Below, in pieces: positions 36,606 to 49,968 of a stretch of DNA of 64,000 nt. The notes beneath the pieces were generated by a model. It did no database searches. It saw only the letters and a list, made by a program, of their open reading frames with translations, and was not told where the DNA came from. The stretch is from Callorhinchus milii (Eukaryota): NCBI RefSeq assembly GCF_018977255.1, contig NW_024704743.1, positions 86,058,001 to 86,122,000 of the forward strand, read 5' to 3'. The position numbers and the translations under genes are program-made. Positions within the stretch are counted from its first letter, which is position 1. Each line of letters starts with the position of its first letter.

Positions 36606-39379
36606 ATGTTTTGATATTTCACACAGATCAGAAAAATGTCCAGCTAGTGAATAATTTCATTTTACTGAAAGGCCAGGCTTTTCTTTGTAGCAGCACAAAA
36701 CCAAAAAGTAAAAATATCAAATCCAGTGACAAATTGTTCGCAATAGTACTCAAGTTAATTTGTATTTGCTTTTTAATAACCCAGAGTTGGCCTTTTTAAG
36801 AAAAATCTTTGCCTTTGAATCTTTGTGACATTGCTTTTTTACATGCCTATCAAATGTTCATGACGAAAAGCTTTGTTTTATGTGCAGATAGTGTATCAGA
36901 AATGGTGAAAGGGTTAGAAAACAATACTGTCTGTGTTACTCAATCTATTCTGCAGCAACTGGAGTATTAAATTATGTGGGTAATATTACAAGAAATAATG
37001 TGGCTTCATTACATCATTCTGTTATTGTGCTGATCTTCTGTAACATCACACTTCTGTCCTTCAACTGATGCTGTTCTTAGATCATCCTTCTCACATAACT
37101 TTTTTCTAGCTTTTATAATTTGAAGCTTGGTACTAATATTTTTCTCTGCTCCAATATTGACATAATAAGACTGGATTCAGAAGTAAACGTAAGAACCTAA
37201 GCCATTTTAAACTAATCTTCTGTGTTTTTTTAGGTACCATGATCCAATCCAGATTGATACAAGATTATGTTAATATATGTTTTTTCTTTTAATATATCTG
37301 ACTGTATTAGCATTATGTCCTTAGGAGCTGAGCAATGTGTTACAGAAATATGATGCAGCAACAATAGCAGCAACAACGACTATATGTATGGCACATCTCA
37401 TGTAGGATGACCATCTTGAAACGCTAAACAAATATGACATGGAGAATTAAGGTTGTTGACCATGTATGATGCTTCATGTACTGTAGGATATTGGACTTAA
37501 TGTATGGTAATAGATGTGCCTTTCCAAATGTATTTTGACTGATTGGTTATTGCAAAAGTTAGTGAAATTTAATTTTTACCCACCTGCTCTCTAACTTAAA
37601 CCTAATAAATCTGTTACAAGAAACTAAAATTAAATAAAGAACATCAGATATGCTAGAATTTCAAGCTAGCTCTAGTCACTTTGAAGTTAGAATATTATTT
37701 GTAAATGTATAGTTGCAGTAGCAAACCCAATATCCATACAAATTGGGAACACTCCAATTGTGGATATGAAAACAATGCAAGTACCCTGTTGTGTGTCTCA
37801 CTCACTCTCTGCCTGTGCATGGGTGTGTGTGTGTGTCCCTTTATGTTGCTTCAGTTGAGTGTGTGTATTCAGCTCTTTCACTGCTTCTAAACTTACTTTC
37901 TTGTACTTATCGTGGATCAGATCTCTCCACCTTTTGCTGCTGGGGTGGGGTGGGAACAAACCTGGACATGTTACATGCAAATAAAAGCTTTTTGCTGACA
38001 TTGCAACTCAACTTCACTTCAACATCAGGGACCTGATGGAGATATGCAGATAGTCAGCTTAGTTGTGTGGAGTTACACAGTAGTATTTGAATGTTGCTAT
38101 TTGTACAAATATTGATGATCTCTAACTTTTGTACCACAAAATATGGTGCTTAAGTTTTCAAAAGCTTTTTTAAATAAAATGGCCTTGAATAATTTATTGG
38201 ATCTAAACTTTAATTACAGCATGTGTGAGGTAATGAGTGTCTCCTAATAATGTCAACACAGTAGTAGATGTCAAATGCTTCAGCTGTAGCTCTTACGTCT
38301 GTTTAATGACACCTTGCAGTGTATTTTTGGCTGGGTTTTTAAAAAACACTAAGTGGATCACTTTTATGCAAGTAAAACCACACATTACAATACTACATCC
38401 ACTTGTGAATTATTGCTGCCAAGATTAAACTGTGCAGGAGTCAGTTCATTATTCTGTCAAACAGCTTAGTTCAGCTTTATTCTTTTATGCCATTTTTTCC
38501 AAGCAACTGGTTATATAGCAATATTGTGCAATAAAAATATTTTACAGAATTTGATTTTCAGACCTTGATGAAGGTTTAAAAAAAATTGGTGGCTCTCCAG
38601 TCTGCACTATACTGCATCAGATGCATTTGAAGAACAGATGAAAATAAATCCATGCAAGTCTTTTTTCAGGCAATTTTCCACTAGCATTTCAGATGATTTA
38701 ATAATGAATTTAAAAGAACACATGGTACTGATATTGAAACATACAAAGTAGAATAAATTGTATTGTAAAATATGAGCAATGATCTCATTCTCTTAATGAA
38801 TATTGATGGAAATTTTATCTTATGGTGTGTATCGAACCTTCAGGAGTGTTACCTTTGGCTGTCTGACACCACTGTTGGCAGGCATGAACTAGCACAGAAG
38901 TATTTTGAGCTGCACTATCTTAATGTCATTTTGTTCACTTTACATTTGGGTTACATTTAATTGTAGATTTTAAATCTTTGGATTGGATATTAATCATAGC
39001 TAGAACATTAGAAAGACAGTGTCCCACAAATAATGCATTAAATATGTTGCTGGTTTACATATTTAATGCATAGTTTGTGGGGAGACCTGTGAGCGAAAGA
39101 GAGAGAGAAGGGCTGACACTGTACAATAGTGACAGTATAACTCTGAGAAGAATGTTTAGGTTTATACCATACCCTGTATTCTCCATGATGACCTGATAGT
39201 CATATACGTTTCATATCCACACTGAGGCTGTATCCAATTAGTGCAGTACTATCTGCTATAGTATGTTTTGGTAGTAAGAGTAGGTAAAAGTAATTACAAT
39301 TTTATATTGAGTAAAAAAAAGGTTATTGTGATGTGCAGATACATAGGGCGAAAGGTAGGTAATAGCATTTTAAAAAATC

Positions 39380-39790
39380 AATTATTGTTTTTATATCCAG
39401 AAATATACATAAGCAAGGAGGCAATGATGAATTTATACAAAATATTGGTAAGTTTACACTTTGAGTATTATGAGCAGTTTTACAGGAAGGATGTAAAACC
39501 AATTAAAAAAGCGTAGGCTCTCATGGATTCTACTGAGGATGAGGGGGAAGTCAGAAAAGTTATTTACACAGACTGTGATGAGAATGTGGAATTTTCTGCT
39601 ACAAAACCCTAGATAACGCAAGCCATAGATTCTTCCAATAGGGAATTTGATAGGTCTTTGAAGAGGAAGAGAATGAAAGGGTATGGGAAGCAAACAGGAG
39701 AATGGGATTAGTTGGCTCATCACGTGGAATAACACACTAATGCAAACTTGATGGGTAAATGGCCGCTTTCTGTTCTATAACACATAGAAT
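39380..39790 (+). mobile_element. Old CR1 3' fragment
   Basis: Encodes SKEAMMNLYKILVSLHFEYYEQFYRKDVK; 3' UTR-like ttgatgggtaaatggccgctttctgttctataa. Confidence 0.7.
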
Positions 39791-39919
39791 TATAATTCTG
39801 TGTTTGGTGGTTTCCACACCAACCTGCCTATCAGGAACTGAGTTCTCCTAACTCCCAGCTGAACGAGCAATAATTTGAAGCATGGGTGTAACAACACTCA
39901 GCCATGTTCTCTCACCTCA

Positions 39920-40965
39920 GGGCTCCACTCTACATATGTTTTACCCTATCTCTTCTGCATCCCTCTCCTCCCTCATCTCCTGCATGAAACCCACCACCTG
40001 CTCCCCTGATCCCAACCCGATCTATCTCTCTACCATTTACCTCTTCTCCCCCCTACCTTTGCTACCTCCTAACCCTCTACCATCCTGCCTGCTCCCTCCG
40101 CTCAGCAGCAGGCTCTCACCTGCTTCACATCCCCCAACCCGCGTGCCCTACCATTGGCGGGCGGGCCTTCTGCCACTCTGATCCCACCCTCTGGAACTCC
40201 ATCCCGTAGTCCTTCCGCCTCGCCCATGCCTTGCCTCCTTCAAGACCCATCTCAAGACCCTTCTCTTCAACAGTGCTTTCGATCACCCTGCTTCCCCACC
40301 TGCTCTCCAATCCCGACCCCCAGCTCGGGTCCAAAACACTGACTGTCCAGCACCTTGGGACATCCTCCAGACGTGAAAGGCGCTACACAAATGTGATTTT
40401 GTTGTTGTTGTTGTTCTTGTCAATCCAGTTCACAATGCTCAGACTGCTTTGGTCAAAGTCACAAACAACATTCTGTCGATTTGTGACTTGTTCTCACTCT
40501 GCCTTCTCATTCTCCTTGGTCACTCTGCCATCTTTAACACTATTGACTACTCCTTTGTTTTCCACCACCTCTCCTATCCTCTGCTCCACCTTCATGGTAT
40601 TGTCCTATCCTGGCTTTACTCCCACCTATTCCAGTGTTTTCACTTTGTTGCATCAAATGGCTTCTCTTCCCGCCCCACAGTTACATGTGGTGTTGCTCAG
40701 GGCACTCACTGTCAACTTCACAATCAATCCACTCTGACATCATCTGCAAATATAGGGTTCACTTCCAGATATGGGGTTTTCAGAGTCTGTACCTCTTCTC
40801 ATTCAAGGCCCATCTCAAAACATACCTGTTTGACTGTATTTCAGTCATCTTTCCCCTCTCCACCCTCTTCGATTCCTACCACCAGCTCGGGTTACCAGGC
40901 AGTAGTGTCGAGCAGTTTGAGACATCCTACTGATGTGAAAGGCACTATATAAATGTAAATTGCTA
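39920..40965 (+). mobile_element. Cluster of L2 fragments; a younger L2 3' end (about 40030-40414) sits within an older L2 RT remnant
   Basis: MKPTTCSPDP and TALVKVTNNIL...VTCGVAQG remnants on either side of a fragment ending in (ttg)n. Confidence 0.8.
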
Positions 40966-41118
40966 TTCTTGGCTATCACAAATGCAATATTAGTTTGTAA
41001 CTCCTGAAGAAAACCAAAAAAACTTTAGATCTGCTGAGAGAAACCAGCCCCTCAATGACACAAGATGCTGTAAACTTTCACAGATCTCAGCATCAATTAA
41101 TTATTTGCATATCTTTAT

Positions 41119-41570
41119 TATAATAATAATCCTTGCATTTGATATGGTGCTTCTGACTTCGACATCTCAAAGCACTTCACAGGTAATTGCTGTAAAGTGT
41201 ATTTGTAGCTGAATGTGTTAGGCAATTTGCATACCGCAGTGTCCCACAAACAACCATGAAGTAAACGACCAATATTTTTGCAGGAATCTTAGCCAGGACA
41301 CTGGAAGAAACCTTTTTCTCTTTTCGAGTAGTACCATGGGATCTTTAGTGACCATCTGACAAAAGCAGACTGGTCTAAACCTTTCCAGTTGGCCAACAAA
41401 CTAATCATAGAAATAACAAAATAGCATAGATTTACACCATAAATCAAGAAATAATCAATCCAGAAACATTTATTTTGTTGGGCAACCAAAGAGGTTGGGC
41501 ACCACTGGTCTAAAATCTCATCTGAAGGATGGCACCTCCAATAATATAGTGCTTCCCCAAGGCGGCACTT
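41119..41570 (-). mobile_element. Deu-domain SINE, degraded, with an internal insertion
   Basis: Reverse complement has ggaggtgccatccttcagatgagat...aaagatcccatggtactactcgaaaagagaaaaaggtttcttccagtgtcctggc. Confidence 0.7.
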
Positions 41571-41749
41571 TATGCTGAACGGGAAAACAAAATCCATATC
41601 TGGATTCTAAGATTTAGAGTACAACAAAATTGGTTTACTTTTAAAATGAAGGAATGAATAATCTAATTCATATCCCTTGTGTGTGTTTATTAGTCTTTTA
41701 ATTGAAAAACATTCTCAAACCTTTATGCAGTATTCTCATGATATACACA

Positions 41750-42290
41750 TAATTTACATTTATACAGCACTTTTCACATCGGTAGGATGTTTCAAAGTGC
41801 TTAACACTGCTTGCTGGACATCTGAGCTGGGAGTGGAAGCCAAATGGGGTGGGAATGGGACAGAATGGCTGAAAGCCTGCCCCCAATGATGAGGCACATA
41901 GAGCGGGAGACATGAAACAGGCAAGTGTTCACTAAGCGAAGGGAGAGGCTGGGTTGGTAACATTGAAGGAGGTCCCAGAGTGGGTTGGAGCAAGACCATG
42001 GAGAGATTGAAGGTGACGAACATGATTTTTAATTCAATCCACTGGAGGATGGGGAACCAATCAAGCCAGACAAGGATTAAGGGCGTTAGGCTTGTGGGGC
42101 CTTGGTGGGGTAAAGGACATAAGCTTCAGAGTTCTGGATAGTTTGTATCCTGTGAGGGAAGAGCTGGGATGTTTGGCAAGCAGGGCATTAGCATAGTTAA
42201 GCCTTGATGTGTGGATGAGGACCTTGGCAGCCAGGGGGAAGAGGTATTAGTGAAGGCGAGCAATATTCCGGAGGTTAGCAGGTGAGAGCA
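41750..42290 (-). mobile_element. Old L2 3' fragment
   Basis: Reverse L2 tail at 41750-41805 and a purine-rich body similar to 32968-33600. Confidence 0.7.
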
Positions 42291-43713
42291 GAGAAGTGGG
42301 GTCTGGAGAAAAGTTGTTAATTTTCAATAGCTTCGCTGAATGTTTTGTGTGCTCCCTAGTTCTAGTTAGTGTTGTAAGTGAATGAGGGAATGTTCTACTG
42401 CATATCATGTCAATGCTTGGAGGAAACCAATTGCTTGCTTGGCATTTTCATGCAATGATTTTTGTTAAAGCAGTGGATCTTGGGCATTTCAAATAATTGT
42501 ATTAAATATATATAAACCTCTCTTCTCGATAACAAATTTATTAGTACACCACTACAATGAACAGTGGAACAAAATGAATCCTCATTTCTTTCAACTAGTA
42601 TTTAAGGGAAAGTAAATGTGTAATCTGGACTGTGAATTGTCCTAATTTGCAAAAACACGCTGTTTGATTGAGCCTCCCCCTGAATCCCAAAGCTTTCTGG
42701 ATTTTTACATAAAGGTGTGCTTTAATTGAATGCCAAATGCTATTGAAGGCTTTCTACAGTTTGATTTTTTTCTCTCACCCTAATAAATCAAAAAATGGTT
42801 ACCTTTAACAAATCAGAACTTCCCAAAAGAGCAGACTGATTCCACGCTATAACATTCTGTGCAATGCTGGTAAATAATTTGAAGTATTGAAATAGTATAT
42901 ATACTGTAATGAGTAAGAATTTAACTTAATTCGGTCAGGCCCTATTTTAATGCACTGACTTGGGTCCATAAAGTCAGATCCTGTATTATAATGAGCCATG
43001 TTATAAAAAATGGTTAGAGACTAACGTTGACATATTTAGACCACACTGGGGTCAGCAGCGGCAACTCTCACAAGTGTTGTCAGGTTTTGTTGGAATGCCT
43101 CAGACTGGGCAGACCTTCTGGGCCTACTATTTGTGCAGGAAGTTGATTGTCTGCATTATGTTTTACCTATCTATGGTGCACCGAAGCACAGTATAACAGG
43201 ACCTTGCTGTATTTTGATTTCAACAGGAAAATACTATGATGTTGCAATTAAGCTGAAGCCTGGAAAAAATGAAGATATAGCACTATTGTGAAATAACTAT
43301 ACTGAACTTCCCATGTTGTTTAGGATATTAAGTTTGGGTCATGAATATTTTAACAGATAACAATTAAGTTTTGCGTGAGCTTTTACTGCCTGGACAGCCA
43401 GATGGAATAACCTCAGAGTGGGTTTCATGTTAACCAGATAAATTGATTTTTGTTGTCTTTAATGGGTCTGAAAAGGAATTGATTGTACTCCAAGAACCTT
43501 ATATCATGCTTGTGCAAGGTGTGTCATGCCAAATGTAATCTTTCTGCAGTACTCGACTTCAGTTACAGAGGACTTGCCAAAAAGTCTGCTTAGAAACCAA
43601 GCATTCTATATGAAAGCAAGAGGTTAATCTGCACCATTTCTTGATTAACCAATTATGTTGTCTGTTCTGTATAATCTGCTCCTATTGAATTCAATTACTG
43701 ATTGTTGTTGCAG

Positions 43714-43815
43714 GAATCGTACACTTACAAGGACCCCATCACTGAGTTTGTGGAATGCCTGTATGTGAACTTTGATTTTGATGGTGCTCAGAAGAAACTG
43801 AGGGAATGTGAATCG
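43714..43815 (+). CDS. EIF3E: EIF3E coding exon (exon 9 equivalent, 102 nt)
   Basis: ttgttgcag|GAA...TCG|gtgagt; translates [34 protein letters not shown] (PCI domain). Confidence 0.98.
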
Positions 43816-43872
43816 GTGAGTTCTTTTCAACAATATATCTTATTGTCCTTGACCACTGTTACGTTCCTTGTA

Positions 43873-44015
43873 CAGTCAAACCTGTTCAAGCAACCACCTC
43901 CATTCAGCAACCACCCTCAAAAAGCCCGGTTCGCACACCAATGAACCTTTACTCAGAGGCCACCTTTATACAAAGGCCCAGTCCCCTGAGCGGTTGTTAA
44001 AGATAGGTTTGACTA
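43873..44015. mobile_element. Small Tc1/mariner-pogo type MITE with TA target duplication
   Basis: TA|cagtcaaacct ... aggtttgacta|TA terminal inverted repeats; 143 bp; starts 57 nt downstream of exon 9. Confidence 0.75.
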
Positions 44016-46675
44016 TACAGTATATTATAAACACTGATTTGAAAATGTTCGGTTCTGTAGTAATGTAGAAAATTCACCAGTTCAAATGACCGCTTACAAG
44101 ATGCATTATTGAACTGGTATTTTGGAATTGCCCAAATGCATAGTTGTGCACTTCTATGTGCAATTTCAAGTGCACCTCACAGACTTCTGTCTTCGTCTGC
44201 TCACTTCTGACTGACTTCCTCAACCTCCCCAGCTGCTCTCTCAAACTCACTGAACCCATGGACAACCTTTGCATTTGGTTCGAACTTCATCTCTTCTCCC
44301 TTGCATCTGGTCTCTGAGAAAGACCGATTTTCTTGCCCCTGCCACTAACCTGATATTCATACCCAAAATCCCATACCTTTGGAATTGCAAATTTAAGGTT
44401 CTAAGCTCCAACTAGGAAGGCTCATTGTTCCATTCCTTTCCATGCTTGACAGAAGCATCTTTATATCAAAAGTTTGACACCTTGGCTATTCTAGAGCACT
44501 GTAAGTTGGCAACATCACCCACTGATAAAAGATCCATTGTCTGCTACTGTTATATGTACTTCAAGATACACAATTGCATTAGTAGAGCTCTGATCACGAT
44601 AACTGAATATTAGTGACATTTGCAATGGCTAAAGACCTTGCTCTATTTGTTCTACACAAACCTAGATATACCCTGTGATCTTTTGGGTGTTTGAAAATGA
44701 ACATTTTAAAGTTATTGTACAGCACACATACATATACAGTAAATGCTATATGCAAGATTTAAAAGCCAGGAACCCTATTTTCAAAATAATGATGGGGAAT
44801 GGGGGAACTACGTGTCATTTTTTAATTTGGTGAAAATCTGATTAGCTCGGGAAATAGAGATTACTAACATAGGTGATAGAATGAAAAATTGCAAAAGATC
44901 CAAGAGGAACTAGACAGGTTTGATCATCTAAAATAGTTCAGGGTTTTTAACTACAATTCAGGATCGATTAAATTTGGTGCTGAATATATTCATAGAATCT
45001 GGTTAGCAATTGAATGGGTGGACTCAATGCACCAATGGTCTCCTTCTGCCTGAAGTTGTTGCTGTGTCAAATAACAACACAACAACTTGCATTTATATAG
45101 CGCCCTTCACACAGGGTAGTGTCCCAGAGTGCTTTTGCAAATACCCTGCCAACCGTCATCAAGGCTCTCAATGTGAATGTTTACCATTGAAGGACTGGAG
45201 GGTGCTTTTGTTTTTACCAATAACTCCTGGTAGAAGGAAAAATAAGTCCATTGCCTTCAGGAAAGATGCAAGGGGAGAAAAATGGTGAAGAGAAATAAAG
45301 AGTGGAAATTCAGCATTTAGGGAAGGAAATTGAATTACCCTACACCGTTGGGACTAGAAAAGGAAATTGATGAGAGAATTATTTAAACAAATGCTGATGC
45401 GTCATGGAAAGGAGAGGGGAATTCTGGAGGAACGGTATGATGTATTTGACACAAGCTGTTAAACAGGATGCAAAGGAGATTTATGTACAGTTAGTGATGG
45501 TGGATTGAATGTGAAGGACCTCAGTAGCAATGATCAGAATGCCATTGGTATTGGTGTGTGGATAGAAGGAGCAGGTGATGAAATGCAAATACTGCATTTC
45601 AGAAAAGGTGATTTTAAAGCCACGAGGGTCAAAATAAGGAGACAACAATAGATATCTGATTTCTGTATAATATCAACATTGATTTTTACTTTCAGAGTAT
45701 AGTACTTGAATTTAGAGTTCATTTCCCTTGTGCATGCATTGGTTGGAAACCATCGCTACTGTTTTTTGAGGCTGTTGTGTTGTAGCAAGAATGATGTCCC
45801 TGGTGCCCACCTCCCACCAGTCAAAAATCTTTATTTTTCACTTTTCCATGTCACTTTAAATTCTTACAGTAGAGTTGATAGAATTTCTTGAAGTTAGAAA
45901 GACAAGTCATACATCCGAGTTCATGCAGAAATTTGGGATTATTAATTAAATGATCTTGAGTAGGCTGACAGGATTTTTTTTGTTGAGAACCTGGGTTAAG
46001 GTTCACGATCCATAATGCAATGCACTAAAGTTGAAAAGAATAGTCAAGAAATCAGATTGGAAAAAAGTAGTTAGAGCCTTGGTTTTTAAAGGCTTGAAGA
46101 TTTTAGGAGGAAGGTCAGGAGTTCTGCCCTTTTGAGCTCCTGATAAAGAACGATTTGGGAGGCAGTATTACTGAGTTTTACTCATAGTGCAGGGAAGAGC
46201 AAGAAAGTGGTTTCAGAAAATGAATTTAGAGAGGGGAGGCAGAAGTAAAAACCTAAATGGGATAAAGGGTGGGTAAATGTAAAACTTTTTCTTTGGTAGT
46301 TTGTACCAAACTAGGTGGCTATGACTGAGTGAGTCTCTGTGGAGTTGTTCTGGTTATCTATGTTCAGTGCTTATAAACGATCTTCATGAAGATAGCAGAA
46401 ATTAAGTGCAAATTTGCAGGTGACAAGCTGTGTGGGAATGCAAACCACATTTCCCGAGACTGGGGATATGTTAAGCAACTGGGAATATGAATTGTAAATT
46501 AGTTTTCATAAAAAGTGCAACATAATGTGCTGAAAACATTGTAAACAACTTTTCACTGGCAACAGGATAATCCACAGCATGAACTCAAGAAAAACATCAT
46601 TACACCTAAAATTGTTAGCATATGAAAGTTGGCCACATAGTGCAGTAAATACTGATTCAGTATTTACTGCACTAT

Positions 46676-47251
46676 ATAATAATAATAATCCTTACATTCG
46701 ATGTAGCACCTTATCAAGTCTTCGATATGTCTCAAAGCGCTTCACAGAATATACAATAACGCAAATTGACTGTATATTCTGTGGAAGAAATGCAGCAGCC
46801 AATTGCACACAGCAGTGTCCCACAAACAGTCGTGGGTTGAAGTGAACAATTTATTATTTTTTTTGAAGGAATTATTACGCCTGGAAAAGCGATCCACTAA
46901 TTGACTAACAACCGGGTTCCTACTTACTGCTAGCTAAACAGAGGCGTGTGAAGTAATAATAATAATTATCCTTGCATTTGATATAGCGCTTTTCAAATCT
47001 TCTAGATGTCTCAAAGTGCTTCACAGAATAGATTTAAAGTGAATTGACTGTATATTTGTGGGCACAGTGCGGCAGCCAATTGCGCACAGCAGTGTCACAC
47101 AAACAGTCGTGGATTGAAGTGACCAATTTATTATTGTGTTTTTTTGAGGTGTGGAGTAAGGAAACTTGCCCAAGGTTTTGCCCTGCTGGGAATCGAACCC
47201 AGGTCTCTCGCTTGCAAAGCGAGTGCTCTAACCACTGAGCTACAGGACTCC
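46676..47251 (-). mobile_element. Two tandem tRNA SINEs: full short variant (46954-47251) and headless long variant (46676-46955)
   Basis: Two (aat)n tails at 46676 and 46954; a single head ending gagctacaggactcc at 47251. Confidence 0.9.
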
Positions 47252-47719
47252 ACTATGTGGGTGGGGAGAATAGGTAAAGATGAAACGAGTACTTGAATGA
47301 ATCTGTTCTATGTTCATATGATGATGAAGTACATTGATTCCTGATTTTTATTTTTTACATTTTGGCTGTAAACACCAAGTCAGTTTAACCTATTCTCATT
47401 GACAACTGCAATGGACTGGGCCTTCCCACAAACAATCTGTCTTGAGGCCGTGGTTTGACTACCAGCATCCAATGATGTTCACATCCAATCTCTCTGCAGT
47501 TGCCAAACAGCTGTTCTCAGCCAGATAGACAGGTTCTGCTTGGTCCAGTGCCAAATAGGGAGGGGATCTTCCTGTATAGCTGGAGAACCTTTCAATACCC
47601 TAACGGGAGCTGTGTTAATAATGCTGCAAAATCAGACCAATTCCAAGGTTAAGGAGGATAGTTTGAGTAAATGCAGTTTTGCTCTTTGTGGTTGGAAAAA
47701 GCTTGTAGATTAAAAAACA

Positions 47720-47910
47720 TGCCACAGATTATGGACCAGGAGCTTGCCAATTAAAATGCTGAGTTTGCTGATCTCATCATGGGCTGTGTGGGGAAACTAA
47801 ATTGGCCTTGGCCATCCCAGAGTAAGGGAGGGGAAAACCAGCCAGGTCCTCTACTGGGTGTGTGTATGTGTGCGTGGAGCTGCATCCCAGGAAGAGGAGG
47901 CCAGACCAGG
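47720..47910 (+). mobile_element. AmnSINE2-like ancient SINE fragment
   Basis: tgctgagtttgctgatctca...aattggccttgg...agggaggggaaaaccagccagg resembles the AmnSINE2 consensus as I recall it; a second weaker copy lies at about 59510-59650. Confidence 0.5.
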
Positions 47911-49604
47911 ACAATAATAAATTGGTCACTTCAATCCACGACTGTTTGTGACAGATGGTGGGGAGAAAATTGGGGACAATACAATACAGTTACATAATTT
48001 TTGTAAGGAAAAATTGCCTAAGAAAAAAATGTTTTTTAAAAAAAACATTTCAGCAGTACTCACACTCTGTGGTGGGTGGCTATGGCTGTGACCAACCTGT
48101 GCCTATGATTCTTCAGTATTCAGTAAGCATGGAGAGAGTGCGCTTTGCATTCCAAATGCAGGAACATTTTGCAGAGAAGTTTATAGGAGCCAGATGTATG
48201 TGGAACTCTATCTGGTTTGAATTCTCGTATATGGTGATGGGTTTCAGCATGCGTTTTTGCAAATGGGAGGTACCGAACGCCAAGATTTTACAATAAGTCT
48301 AAGTGCAGAGAATCATTGGATCTCATATTGTGCCACGGGAAACTATTTGCAATTTTATTACTTAAATCAGACATGATTCTTGTTCACCTTTTTTCATCTT
48401 TTCACTCCAGTGGCAACAGATTTAACCTTCTAGCATAATCTTCCAGTTCAAGTACCGATTTGGTCTTGTATTCAAATAAATATGGAACTGTACACTGTGT
48501 TGAGCCTGGGGCATTTAGAATTTGGTCAATAAGTACATGTCCAGCCAATAACATATTTGTTATGAGCGTATGTTCAATTTAGAGGCCGAAAGGTGATACT
48601 AGCAGGGGCAGCCGTGCTGCATCTATTCCACCTATGGTGTGTTGCGTAGTATATTTACCAAGGTTATTATGTTAGGATTGGTCTTTGGGAGGATTCCTGG
48701 AAGTGGCTCTAAAGCAAGCAAGTTCTTTTTAAAAAAGATTTGTTGAACTGAGTTATATTAGTCCTGCCAGCGGCAATTAGGAATTATTTTTAATTCCCAT
48801 ATGAGCCTCATGGATTTACATTTCACAAAAGGCACACAATGTTTTGATAGTGTTCACTGAATCTTTTATCAAATTAAGTTAGAAGATAAACCTGAAGCAA
48901 TGTTTGCTGCAGTCGGAAAATATTTGTGCAGCTCGCTAGAATGCCCGGTCAAGTACAATTGTAATAGCTAAGTAACATTTGTCACCAGTATTAATAACTG
49001 ATAATTGAAATACCATAAAGGCTGAAATATAGAGATTGGTATCAGTATGGCTCTATGATGTTGCACAGAAAGAATATAGCCCCTTTGCAAATATAAGAAC
49101 ATTTCTGCTTTGTTACTGAGTTCAAGGGAAAAAGAATACAATGAAAAATAATTTATGTTGAATTATTTCACATCAGGATTTAGAGCCTTCTATGCTCTGA
49201 TGGTTGACACGTTTAACCTGCAAAAATATGTGGCTTTGGTATGGGGATTAATGGTACCCCTGTGACTAGATGACACCTGCAAAATTATTCTTTTATTTAG
49301 TGATGTTGGTTAAAATATTCAGACACTGTCTAATGATTTGCAAATTGCTTCACAAATGCTGGCTCCATACTGTCGCTAGTGAACTTTGCAAACAGTATTG
49401 TAATTTGTGTATTGGTCACGCAAACAATGCTGTGCCAGATGTAGGATGGCATCGATGGAGATGGACTTGGTTTATCTGTTCCAGGCATTTCTGACAGATT
49501 GTGGCATGGATGATCTTGGGCTGCTGGCGGACTCATTTGAGGACCTTCTGTGTTGCACTCGCCATCTTGAACACTGGGCCAACCAGTGGGACATAGTGGT
49601 GGTG

Positions 49605-49968
49605 CCTTACCCCCTCTTGCCTCTCCGACCTGCTAACCCCTTATCAACCTGTCCGCTCCCTCTGCTCAGCAGGTTCCGGCCTGCTTCATGTCCCCTGCCC
49701 GGTCCGCCCAACCATCGGCGATCGAGCCTTCAGCCTCTCTGCCCCACCCTCTGGAATTCCATCTCACATTCCCTTCACCTCGCTCCTTCCCTTGCCTCCT
49801 TCAAGGCACACCTCAAAACCCTCCTCTTCGACCATGCCTTTGGCCACTCTGTCTGCCCTCCACCCTCCCTGATCCCAACCCCCCCCCCCCAGTCCTAATG
49901 ACCCTGACTGTTAAGCACCTTGGGATGTCCTCCCAATGTGAAAGGCGCTTTACAAATGTAATTTTGCA
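49605..49968 (+). mobile_element. L2 3' fragment
   Basis: Encodes PTLWNSISHSLHLAPSLASFKAHLKTLLFDHAF; L2 tail. Confidence 0.88.
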
